Source: Bacillota bacterium
GTDB taxonomy: Bacteria > Bacillota_I > Bacilli_A > RFN20 > CAG-826
Length of the DNA: 42,513 nt
Assembly: GCA_039799785.1 (NCBI GenBank)
Contig: JBDLRZ010000061.1
Coordinates: 1-42,513, forward strand
Reading direction: 5' to 3'
Shown: positions 18,726-27,554 of the stretch, in pieces
Position numbering within the stretch: position 1 is the stretch's first letter
Layout of the letters: the number at the start of each line of letters is the position of its first letter
Made by a program: the position numbers and the translations under genes
The notes under the pieces: model-generated
The model's database searches: none
What the model saw: the letters and a program-made list of their open reading frames with translations, nothing else
What the model was told of the DNA's origin: nothing

Positions 18726-19351
18726 TTGTATTGACCTTTTAAAATTTTAGCATGTTCTACCTGATATAGCGGATAGGCTTGATAAAGTGCGTTATAAAAC
18801 CTCTTGGAGTGATCAAAATGAATATCATGCATGAGTTCATGTACAATCACAGCGTCAATAATCGGCCATGCAAAATGAATCAATTTCATCGCGAAAGTAA
18901 GTGTTTTTGTTCGTCGTGAATTGGAACCAAGCCGTGTATGCATCACCCGAACACGAATACGATAGGGCGTTTTAATCGTTAGCTTTTGTTGCCAGTGTTT
19001 CACGCGCTGTTGAAGGTCTTCGGTAAAGGTTGATTTTAAAGCATCAACATACGGCGATGCAGTCGACGTTACACCGTTTCGTTTAGTTTTGAAAAAATCT
19101 GACAAATCAAGATATCGATGCCATTCACCATAAACATACATCCCTTGCTCATTAAATGGTTTGGGAATCTTATTTACTTTTTCTAATAACTTTTTTCCAT
19201 GGAGCATCACTTGCTTTTCAATCCAGTCTTCACCCGTTCGTTTTGGAACAGAAACATGAAAAGATTGATCTTTAAAACGAAGAATCATCCTTTTTTTTGC
19301 ACGATAAAAAATCGTTACAGGATAGACGACATCTTGGATTACAACCGTCAT
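18722..19351 (-). CDS. YgjP-like (DUF45 / M48-related) metal-dependent hydrolase
   Basis: MHTRLGSNS (cf. MKTRWGSCS), IDAVIVHELMH zinc motif, HSKRFY. Confidence 0.85.
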   Translation of the reverse strand: MTVVIQDVVYPVTIFYRAKKRMILRFKDQSFHVSVPKRTGEDWIEKQVMLHGKKLLEKVNKIPKPFNEQGMYVYGEWHRYLDLSDFFKTKRNGVTSTASPYVDALKSTFTEDLQQRVKHWQQKLTIKTPYRIRVRVMHTRLGSNSRRTKTLTFAMKLIHFAWPIIDAVIVHELMHDIHFDHSKRFYNALYQAYPLYQVEHAKILKGQYK

Positions 19352-19353
19352 AG

Positions 19354-20445
19354 TTAAGCTTTAAATTTTGAGGCGTGTAACATCGCTAAAGTCTTTGCAT
19401 TAAATTGTATGAGGTATTTTTCAAGCAATTGCGTCGTCATTTCAACATCTTTTAGATGGACCATTGAAGTGTGAGAGTGGTAGTATCGGCAAGGAATCGA
19501 TAAGGTCATGGCAACAACACCTGAAAATGCTTTGTGCATTTCACCAGCATCCGTACCGCCAACTGGCATCACATCATAGGTGAATGGAATTTTATTTTCT
19601 ATTGCCACTTTTTCTACATCCGCGACTAAACCATGGTGAGCAATCACACTTGCGTCCAGGATCGATAAGGCAACGCCTTGACCTAAACGCGTATCCATTT
19701 TGGGAGCGCCAGGTAAATCATGCGAAAGGGTCACGTCAATTGCAAAACCCAAATCTGGTTTCGCTTTATATGTCGACGTTTTGGCTCCTCTTAAACCGAC
19801 TTCTTCTTGAACGGTAAAGGTGGCAATAATCGTCGCTTCTGTTTCAATATTTTTTAAGCGTTTCATCAACTCAATTAACACACCGCAACTCACGCGATCG
19901 TCCCAAGCCTTACCCATGACGATATCGGAATCATTCATGATCATCGCTTCGGTTTTAGGGTTTATCATATCGCCAATACGAATACCTTTTGCTTCCACTT
20001 CTTTTTTAGAATTCAATCCTAAATCAAGATACATTTCTTTGATATCCAAAACTCGATTTCTGGCTTCTGCGCTCATACCATGGGGTGGTTTTGCACCAAT
20101 CACACCTTGGTAGACTTTACCTTCACGAGTTGTGATAAGCATGACTTGAGCTAATAAAACATGACCCCACCAACCGCCAACTGGGGCAAAACGAATCATG
20201 CCCGATTCTTCAATTTGGGAAACTAAAAAACCAACTTCATCCATATGTGCGGCTAGCATCACCGTAAGATTGGGATTTTTACCTTTTTTAATTGCAAGTA
20301 AAGACCCTAATCCATCGTATTGAATGTCATCGACAAAAGGTTTAATTTGCTTTTCAATGAAATGGGCAACTTGGTGTTCAAAACCAGATATACCATTTAA
20401 TTCGGATAAGGATTTCAGTAAAGGCCACCAGGTTTGTTTCATCAT
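19354..20445 (-). CDS. M42 family aminopeptidase
   Basis: SGFE, AHMDEVG, KAWDDR, QEEVGLRGA, AIDV, GGTDAG, RYYHS. Confidence 0.95.
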   Translation of the reverse strand: MMKQTWWPLLKSLSELNGISGFEHQVAHFIEKQIKPFVDDIQYDGLGSLLAIKKGKNPNLTVMLAAHMDEVGFLVSQIEESGMIRFAPVGGWWGHVLLAQVMLITTREGKVYQGVIGAKPPHGMSAEARNRVLDIKEMYLDLGLNSKKEVEAKGIRIGDMINPKTEAMIMNDSDIVMGKAWDDRVSCGVLIELMKRLKNIETEATIIATFTVQEEVGLRGAKTSTYKAKPDLGFAIDVTLSHDLPGAPKMDTRLGQGVALSILDASVIAHHGLVADVEKVAIENKIPFTYDVMPVGGTDAGEMHKAFSGVVAMTLSIPCRYYHSHTSMVHLKDVEMTTQLLEKYLIQFNAKTLAMLHASKFKA

Positions 20446-20454
20446 TTTTCTCCC

Positions 20455-20946
20455 TTAATATGCATTTTGCTGTCTAGTATAGTTTACGCCAAGTTTTTTG
20501 AAATAGGCTTCAATAACATCTTCCGAGGTAAAACCTAACAAAGGCATCAAATCTAAATATGCTTGAAAAGCATGTTCTAAATGTTTGACATGCCAATGTT
20601 TTGATAATTCAGAAACATGTTGAAATACCAGGATGGTTGCCTTGGTGAGTGAGACGGTAAGTGGTTGAATCTCGTAAGTCATTTTTTGTGATTGAACTTC
20701 GATTGCCAACGATAATAAGAAATGTAAACCATCCGCATATTCATCAAGAATAATTGGTTTTTCTGCACTTGGTTTTTTGGACCAAAACTTAAAGGTTTTG
20801 GTTTCGTTAATCATTTCACCTACTTCTACAAGTAAGGCAAGAATACGACGATCTCTTGTGCTAGCGTAAGTCACTTGGTGTTGGGATTGGATATGGGCAT
20901 CTAACTTCGCTTGTTCATTCATTAAAGGCTTGAGTTGGATTGTCAT
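20455..20946 (-). CDS. Dimeric (all-alpha) dUTPase family protein
   Basis: ALLVEVGEMINE, FKFWS, LDEYADGLHFLLS, YFKK..VNYTRQ. Start reassigned to ATG 20946 (ATGA overlap with the glgP stop, GGAGG upstream). Confidence 0.9.
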   Translation of the reverse strand: MTIQLKPLMNEQAKLDAHIQSQHQVTYASTRDRRILALLVEVGEMINETKTFKFWSKKPSAEKPIILDEYADGLHFLLSLAIEVQSQKMTYEIQPLTVSLTKATILVFQHVSELSKHWHVKHLEHAFQAYLDLMPLLGFTSEDVIEAYFKKLGVNYTRQQNAY

Positions 20947-23348
20947 ACAATCTTTTTTAACCTCCAAATATCATCCACATATTGTTGGATGGTTCGATCG
21001 GTTGAGAAAAATCCGGATTGAGCAATGTTAACAATTGCCATTTTTTGCCACATTTTGGGCTGTTGATAAAGGTTTGCTATTTTTTCTTGTGCAGTGGCAT
21101 ACGCATCAAAATCCTTTAAAACAAAATACTCGTCATTTCGATGCATGATTTCATCAAAGATAGGACGGAACGTGTCTAAATTACCTTCGGACCAAGTGCC
21201 ATCAATTAATGAATCAATAATGGCTTTTAGATGCGGATAATTTGCATACATGTCCCATGCCCGGTATGTGCGATTTTGATAAAGCGCATTCACTTCATCG
21301 ACTTTCATCCCGAATATGACACAGTTTTCTGGACCAACTAGATCAGCAATTTCTACGTTCGCACCATCTAATGTACCAAGGGTAATCGCACCATTCATCA
21401 TAAATTTCATGTTGCCGGTTCCTGATGCTTCTTTACCTGCCGTAGAAATTTGCTCAGAAATATCGGAAGCGGGAATCATCTTTTCTGAAATTGAAACACC
21501 ATAATTTTCTACAAATACAACGCTTAAGAATGGACTAATGGCTGGATCTTGGTTGATGACTTTTGCCACAGAGTGAATTAATTCGATAATTTTTTTGGCA
21601 TAAAAATAACTAGGAGCAGCCTTTGCGCCAAATAAATAAGTTCGAGGCGCAATTCGATAAGATGAATCTTTTTTCATTTTTTGATAAAGATACATAATAT
21701 GGAAAACATTCATTAATTGGCGTTTATAGGCATGCAGTCGTTTGATTTGTACATCAAAAATTGTTTGAACATTTAGATCTACACGTTGATGGCTTTTCAA
21801 GAACGTAGCGAGTTTCTTTTTATTCTCAAGTTTGATGTTTGCTAAGTCCGTTTGAAGACTGACATCATCTTGGAATGCTAATAATTTTTCTAAATGCTGG
21901 GGTTTCGTTTTCCAAGTTTCACCAATGCGTTTACTAATGGCATCAGCTAATGAAGGGTTACTATACATCATCCAGCGACGATGGGTGATACCGTTGGTTT
22001 TATTATTAAATCGTTCTGGGTAAAGTTGAAAATAATCCTTGAACGTATCAGCTTTCAAAATATCCGTATGCAACGCAGCAACACCATTGGTAGAGAAGGT
22101 TGAATAGATCGCAAGATTGGCCATGTAAACCATGCCGTCCTTAATGATTGCCATGTTGCGTCTAGCATCCTCGGTGAGATGCTTTTGCGAGAACTCTAAC
22201 TGACTACGACGATGAATTTCTTCGATAATCATGAATACTCTTGGAAGTAAGGGCTGCATATAATGCACGGGCCATTTTTCTAATGCTTCTGCCATCACGG
22301 TGTGATTGGTATAGGCCATACATTTCGTCAATTGATTCCATGCAGCATCCCAAGGTTGATCATATTCATCCATCATGATTCGCATGAATTCAGGGATTGC
22401 TAAAATGGGATGGGTATCATTCAACTGAAATACAAAATATTCATGGACGTTATCTACTCTTTTAAAGCGACGATAATGGGAAGCAATAACGGATTGTAAA
22501 CCGGCTGATACTAAAAAGTAATGTTGTCTTAATCGAAGAATTTTACCTTGTTCAGTAGAGTCATCAGGGTATAAACCATGGGTAATTTCTTTGACGGTTT
22601 GTAAGTATTCTTTAAAACTTTGATTACTTGGAATATTTTCTTCGGTAGGTTCAGCTGACCATAATCGAAGGTTATTGGTGACGTTATTGCGATAACCTAC
22701 AACTGCCATATCAAAAGGTACAGCCCTTACATTCAAGGCATTCACCGTACGAATCGCATACCCGCCATCAGGTCTCAAATAGGTTTCCGCTTGTCCATAA
22801 AACTTTACATCAACAGAATGTTTTAGGTTTTTAACTTCCCAAATGTTTCCATTTTTCAACCAAATATCTGGAACTTCTACTTGCTTTCCGTTGACAATTT
22901 TTTGTTTGAAAAATCCATAATCATAACGAATGGTGTTGCCATGACCGGCATATCCTAAGGAAGCAATGGAATCTAAGAAACATGCTGCAAGGCGACCTAA
23001 ACCACCATTACCTAAACCAGCATCCATTTCCATATCAATTAATTCTTGTAAAGAAAGCTTAAGATCTTTTAAACCACCTTCAACGATGTCATAAATTCCT
23101 AAATTTTGTAGATTACTTAACATTAATTTTCCAATGAGGAATTCCATTGAAAAATAAATAAGTTGCCGTGGATGTTTTTTATTATCGATGGTTCTTAAGT
23201 TTTTTAAGTTTTCACCTGCATAATCCCTAATCATATGGCCGATTATTTCATATCTTTCGGTAATATGACTATCTTGGACATTACGACCAAATTTTGATTC
23301 TAAACGCTCGAGAAAAATTTGTTTAAATTGTTCTTTTGTTTTAAACAT
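20943..23348 (-). CDS. glgP: Glycogen/maltodextrin phosphorylase
   Basis: SMEFLIG, GLGNGGLGRLAACF, QLNDTHP, KRLHAYKRQ, PLP site EASGTGNMK. Confidence 0.98.
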   Translation of the reverse strand: MFKTKEQFKQIFLERLESKFGRNVQDSHITERYEIIGHMIRDYAGENLKNLRTIDNKKHPRQLIYFSMEFLIGKLMLSNLQNLGIYDIVEGGLKDLKLSLQELIDMEMDAGLGNGGLGRLAACFLDSIASLGYAGHGNTIRYDYGFFKQKIVNGKQVEVPDIWLKNGNIWEVKNLKHSVDVKFYGQAETYLRPDGGYAIRTVNALNVRAVPFDMAVVGYRNNVTNNLRLWSAEPTEENIPSNQSFKEYLQTVKEITHGLYPDDSTEQGKILRLRQHYFLVSAGLQSVIASHYRRFKRVDNVHEYFVFQLNDTHPILAIPEFMRIMMDEYDQPWDAAWNQLTKCMAYTNHTVMAEALEKWPVHYMQPLLPRVFMIIEEIHRRSQLEFSQKHLTEDARRNMAIIKDGMVYMANLAIYSTFSTNGVAALHTDILKADTFKDYFQLYPERFNNKTNGITHRRWMMYSNPSLADAISKRIGETWKTKPQHLEKLLAFQDDVSLQTDLANIKLENKKKLATFLKSHQRVDLNVQTIFDVQIKRLHAYKRQLMNVFHIMYLYQKMKKDSSYRIAPRTYLFGAKAAPSYFYAKKIIELIHSVAKVINQDPAISPFLSVVFVENYGVSISEKMIPASDISEQISTAGKEASGTGNMKFMMNGAITLGTLDGANVEIADLVGPENCVIFGMKVDEVNALYQNRTYRAWDMYANYPHLKAIIDSLIDGTWSEGNLDTFRPIFDEIMHRNDEYFVLKDFDAYATAQEKIANLYQQPKMWQKMAIVNIAQSGFFSTDRTIQQYVDDIWRLKKIV

Positions 23349-23364
23349 AATCGTGAGGACTCCT

Positions 23365-25230
23365 TTATTTGGCGATTGGATCGCTAATTTTTTTTAATAC
23401 AATAGCTGCGAATGAACCGATGGTCAGAGTTAATGTAGCGGGTCTTCCTTCTGGACCTTGCGTGGGTTTAGTCATCAACGGCCCACGATTAATCCGATTC
23501 CAACCACTATAGATTTCGTTATCTGTGTTCAGCACTTCTTGGTAGGTTCCTGAATCAAAGACACCAATATCATAATTATTATAGTAGTTACCTTTCATAT
23601 TGAAAACAACGATTATTGAAGATTGATTGATTTTTCTTTCGAAGGCATAGACATTGTCATTACGGTTATCGACCATTAACCAGCGAAAATGGGCAGGATT
23701 GTGTTCTTCAAAGTGCAAGGTAGGTTCTTGGCGATATAAATGATTTAAATCTTTCAAAAGTTGTCTTATAGAGTCATGTTTTGGAAATTGGGTAAAGAAC
23801 CAAGGAAGCGACTTTTTCTCACTCCATTCATCAAATGAAGCAAATTCATTACCCATAAAGGTGAGTTTTTTGCCTGGGTGCATCCATTGATAGGCATATA
23901 AATTTCTTAACAATGCAAACTTTTCATCATAACTTCCCCACATTTTGTTGAGAATGGTGCCTTTACCATGGACAACTTCATCGTGAGATAAAGGCAACAT
24001 GAAATTATCTGAATAAAAATAATGCATCGAAAAGGTTAATTTATGATGATCATAATATTTGTAAATGAAATCAACGCCATAATATTTTAAGGTGTCGTTC
24101 ATCCAACCCATATCCCATTTATAGTCAAAACCTAAACCACCAAATTCAACAGGCCTTGTGACGCCACTAAAAGCGGTTGAGTCTTCAGCAATTGTCATTA
24201 CACTGGGGTGGAATTGATGAATAAACGCATTTAAATCTCGAATAAAAGCAATCCCTCCACTATTTTCTCCTTGCTGTGGATTGCCATCCCAATAGACAAT
24301 ATTACTTACCGCATCGATGCGTATTCCATCCAAATGGAACATCGTTAAAAAATAATTAATGCTACTAAATAACAAGCTTCTGACAACTGGTTTTCCTAAA
24401 TCAAATTGTGGAGACCCCCACTGTGAATAGGTTCTTCGTGGATCAAAATATTCATATAATTTGCTCCCATCGAATTCATGTAGTCCAAAACCATCACTTG
24501 CAAAATGGACGATCACAAAATCAAGAATGACGCCAATGTTTTCTTGGTGACATCGATCGACAAATTTCATCAATCCTTTTAATGAACCATATCGGGAATC
24601 TGCAGCATGGAAACCCGTTGCTTGATAACCCCAGGAACCATCAAATGGATGCTGTGTTAAGGGCATAATTTCAATGTGTGTAAAGCCATGGTTTTTGACA
24701 TATGGAATCAGTTGCTCTGCCATCTCTTCATAACTAAAGAACTCTTTTTGTTCGGGTTTTTTCCAGCTTCCCAAATGGACCTCATAAATGGCCATGGGGC
24801 GATCAAAATTGCGATTACGTTGTTTTAAATAGGTTTCATCTTTCCATCGATAACCTTTATAGTCTGTGATAACACTTGCAGTTAAGGGTCTAACTTCAGA
24901 TTCAAAAGCGTATGGATCTGCTTTTTGAACGCTAATGCCATAAACATTTTTAAATTTGAATTTATATCGATCCCCAACTTTGCAAGTCGAAAGAAAGACT
25001 TCATAAATGCCCCAATCATGGATTTTAACCATGGGATTGGTTGTCTCATTCCATTGATTAAAATCACCAACAACAAAAACTTCACTTGCATTGGGGGCAT
25101 ATAATCGAAAAACAAAACCATCTTGATTGATGCCATTCAAAGTCCTAGTATCTGGATGGACACCAAAAAATTCGTAAGCCTCAAAGGAACCGAAGTTAAA
25201 AAAATGATCTATTAATTCTTTTGGCTTCAT
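23365..25230 (-). CDS. glgB: 1,4-alpha-glucan branching enzyme (GH13)
   Basis: CBM48-like APNA..VGDFN, IYEVHLGSW, SWGYQ, catalytic RIDAV / IAEDST / SHDEVVHGK, WDMGWMND. Start placed at ATG 25230 rather than TTG 25254. Confidence 0.97.
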   Translation of the reverse strand: MKPKELIDHFFNFGSFEAYEFFGVHPDTRTLNGINQDGFVFRLYAPNASEVFVVGDFNQWNETTNPMVKIHDWGIYEVFLSTCKVGDRYKFKFKNVYGISVQKADPYAFESEVRPLTASVITDYKGYRWKDETYLKQRNRNFDRPMAIYEVHLGSWKKPEQKEFFSYEEMAEQLIPYVKNHGFTHIEIMPLTQHPFDGSWGYQATGFHAADSRYGSLKGLMKFVDRCHQENIGVILDFVIVHFASDGFGLHEFDGSKLYEYFDPRRTYSQWGSPQFDLGKPVVRSLLFSSINYFLTMFHLDGIRIDAVSNIVYWDGNPQQGENSGGIAFIRDLNAFIHQFHPSVMTIAEDSTAFSGVTRPVEFGGLGFDYKWDMGWMNDTLKYYGVDFIYKYYDHHKLTFSMHYFYSDNFMLPLSHDEVVHGKGTILNKMWGSYDEKFALLRNLYAYQWMHPGKKLTFMGNEFASFDEWSEKKSLPWFFTQFPKHDSIRQLLKDLNHLYRQEPTLHFEEHNPAHFRWLMVDNRNDNVYAFERKINQSSIIVVFNMKGNYYNNYDIGVFDSGTYQEVLNTDNEIYSGWNRINRGPLMTKPTQGPEGRPATLTLTIGSFAAIVLKKISDPIAK

Positions 25231-25237
25231 TAAATTT

Positions 25238-25243
25238 ATTATA
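25238..25243 (-). promoter_or_regulatory. -10 box for the glgB operon (leaderless geometry)
   Basis: TATAAT 7 nt before ATG 25230; no SD. Confidence 0.6.
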
Positions 25244-25303
25244 CTGCTTTTCAACTTTTTAAATAAATCAGAAATTGTGATTCCATCTTGAATAAATTTT
25301 CGG

Positions 25304-25309
25304 TATAAT
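25304..25309 (+). promoter_or_regulatory. -10 box for ackA-nrnA
   Basis: TATAAT 24 nt upstream of the ackA ATG. Confidence 0.55.
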
Positions 25310-25333
25310 TCCTAAGGAAAGAAGCAAGATTTC

Positions 25334-26524
25334 ATGAGTAAAATCATTGCCGTTAACGCAGGTAGTAGTAGTCTTAAATTTAAGCTGTATGATATGCCTT
25401 CTGAAACCTTAATTTGCTCAGGAATGGCAGATCGTATCGGTCAAGTTCAAGGAACTTTTAGTTTGACAATTGGTCAAGAAAAAATGTCTATCGATACTCC
25501 AATTCCAAATCATCAATCAGGTGTATCACTCTTATTAAAGTATTTGATTGAAAAAAAAGTCATTCAATCCTTTGATGAAATCAAAGGCGTGGGTCACCGG
25601 GTCGTACAAGGTGGAAAATATTTTTTTAATAGCGTCATCATCAACGCATCTATTATTGAAAAGATCAAGGAATACATTCCTTTAGCACCTCTCCATAATG
25701 GACCCAATTTAAGTGGTATCGATGCCTTTCAAGCTATTTTGCCTCATGTTAAGAATGTTGCTGTCTTCGATACAGCCTTTCATCAAACGATGGAACCTCA
25801 AGATTATTTATTTCCAATACCTTATGAGTTATATGAGAAACATGATTTAAGAAGGTATGGCTTTCACGGCACCTCACATAAATATTTAATGCAACAAGTG
25901 CACAAGCACTTAACATCCATTAAGAATCCTAAAATCATTACCCTTCACCTTGGTTCAGGTGCTTCTTTAGCGGCAATTAAAAACGGAAAAGTTGTCGCAA
26001 CTTCGATGGGTTTAACACCACTTGGTGGCATCATGATGGGAACTCGTACCGGTGATATAGATCCTAGTGTGCTTCATTTTGCTGCTTTAAAAACTGGTCA
26101 AAGTCATGAGGCCATTTATGAATTGTTTAATAAAAAAAGTGGTTTGCTTGGTATGTCTAAATTATCTTCCGATTCTCGTGATTTAGAGGCTGCTCACTTA
26201 CAAGGCAATCCTCAAGTTCAACTCGCCAACCAATTATTTGTGAGACGAATTGCAGATTTTATCGGTCAATATGTGATACGTTTGGGTGGTGTTGATGTCA
26301 TCGTTTTTTCTGCGGGTATTGGCGAAAACTCTGGGTTTTATCGTCACTTAATTATTGAAGAAATTAAGGAAGCATTATCGATAATAGAAGACGAAAAATT
26401 CAATATGTCGATTAGAGGAAAAGTTGCAGTTATCACCAAACCAGAAAGTCGAGTGATTGGTATGGTGATTCCAACGAATGAAGAATTAATGATTGTAAAG
26501 GATACTTATGAAATTATTAAATAA
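25334..26524 (+). CDS. ackA: Acetate kinase
   Basis: NAGSSSLK, GHRVVQGG, APLHN, VFDTAFH, RYGFHGTSH, HLGSGAS, GIGEN, TNEE. Confidence 0.98.
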   Translation: MSKIIAVNAGSSSLKFKLYDMPSETLICSGMADRIGQVQGTFSLTIGQEKMSIDTPIPNHQSGVSLLLKYLIEKKVIQSFDEIKGVGHRVVQGGKYFFNSVIINASIIEKIKEYIPLAPLHNGPNLSGIDAFQAILPHVKNVAVFDTAFHQTMEPQDYLFPIPYELYEKHDLRRYGFHGTSHKYLMQQVHKHLTSIKNPKIITLHLGSGASLAAIKNGKVVATSMGLTPLGGIMMGTRTGDIDPSVLHFAALKTGQSHEAIYELFNKKSGLLGMSKLSSDSRDLEAAHLQGNPQVQLANQLFVRRIADFIGQYVIRLGGVDVIVFSAGIGENSGFYRHLIIEEIKEALSIIEDEKFNMSIRGKVAVITKPESRVIGMVIPTNEELMIVKDTYEIIK

Positions 26525-27491
26525 CAAAACGAACAATTCAAAGATGTATGGTGATATTTTAAGCGCTATCAAAAAGTATCCAAAAATAGTTGTCTTTCGT
26601 CATGTGATACCGGATTTTGATGCTCTAGGAACACAATGGGGCGTCGCCACTTGGATTAAGGATAATTTCCCATTAAAACAAGTTAAAGTTGTCGGTGAAG
26701 ATCATCCTTCCTTTACCCCAAGACTTTACCCAAAAATGCAAAAAATTTCTGATAAGTTCTTTGATAAAAAAACGCTTTGCTTAATCGTGGATACTGCCAA
26801 TATCGATCGCATTGATGATAAGCGATATGATCGAGGCGCGATGATGATCAAGGTGGACCATCACCCAAATGTAAATCCATTTGGAGATATTTGTTTAGTT
26901 GAAACTGAAACGTGTGCAGCCTCTGAATTGTGGATGAAAATGATTGAAACATACGGGAAAAAGTATAAATTAACTAAAAAAGCAGCCACCTATTTCTACT
27001 CTGGTATCGCTGGTGATTCAGGTCGATTTATGTATAAATCAACCACACCTCAAACGTTTGAAATTGCGAAGAAATTATTAGAAACAGGGATTAACGCCCA
27101 TGATGATGTTTACCTAAAAATGTATGAAAAAACATTAGAAGACCTCAAAGTAACAGCATATTTATTGAATCATTATCAAATTTCTAAACATGGTGTTGCT
27201 TATTACGTTTTAACGCACAAAGAACAAACCGATTTAGGTATGCTTGCAACGCAAGGTAAAGATAATGTGAATATGTTCAGTAACATCAAAGATGTTCATA
27301 TTTGGTGTTCTATTTCTGAAGACATTAAAGATAAAGTTTGGCGTGTTTCGATTCGCAGTAAAAAAGTTCAAATCAATCAAATCGCTCAACAATATCAAGG
27401 TGGCGGCCATGCGCAAGCAAGTGGATGTAAATTAACCAGTCTAGATCAACTTCCACAATTTATTGCAGATTTAGATAAATTATTGAAATAA
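26508..27491 (+). CDS. nrnA: DHH/DHHA1 oligoribonuclease / pAp phosphatase
   Basis: RHVIPDFDALG, VDTAN, DHH, GDSGRF, SIRS, GGGHAQASG. Confidence 0.92.
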   Translation: MKLLNNKTNNSKMYGDILSAIKKYPKIVVFRHVIPDFDALGTQWGVATWIKDNFPLKQVKVVGEDHPSFTPRLYPKMQKISDKFFDKKTLCLIVDTANIDRIDDKRYDRGAMMIKVDHHPNVNPFGDICLVETETCAASELWMKMIETYGKKYKLTKKAATYFYSGIAGDSGRFMYKSTTPQTFEIAKKLLETGINAHDDVYLKMYEKTLEDLKVTAYLLNHYQISKHGVAYYVLTHKEQTDLGMLATQGKDNVNMFSNIKDVHIWCSISEDIKDKVWRVSIRSKKVQINQIAQQYQGGGHAQASGCKLTSLDQLPQFIADLDKLLK

Positions 27492-27524
27492 TCGAACTTT
27501 TTCAATGACTCATCTTAGCCTTTA

Positions 27525-27533
27525 TGGTATGCT
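27525..27533 (+). promoter_or_regulatory. Putative extended -10 for dnaE-polA-mutM/coaE
   Basis: TGgTATGCT upstream of SD GAGGAG and the TTG start. Confidence 0.5.
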
Positions 27534-27554
27534 TTTACTAATGAGGAGAATCCC

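Noticed and set aside
25274-25292. TTGTGA half-site upstream of ackA resembling a Rex box
   Set aside because: The second half-site (TCACAA) is missing.
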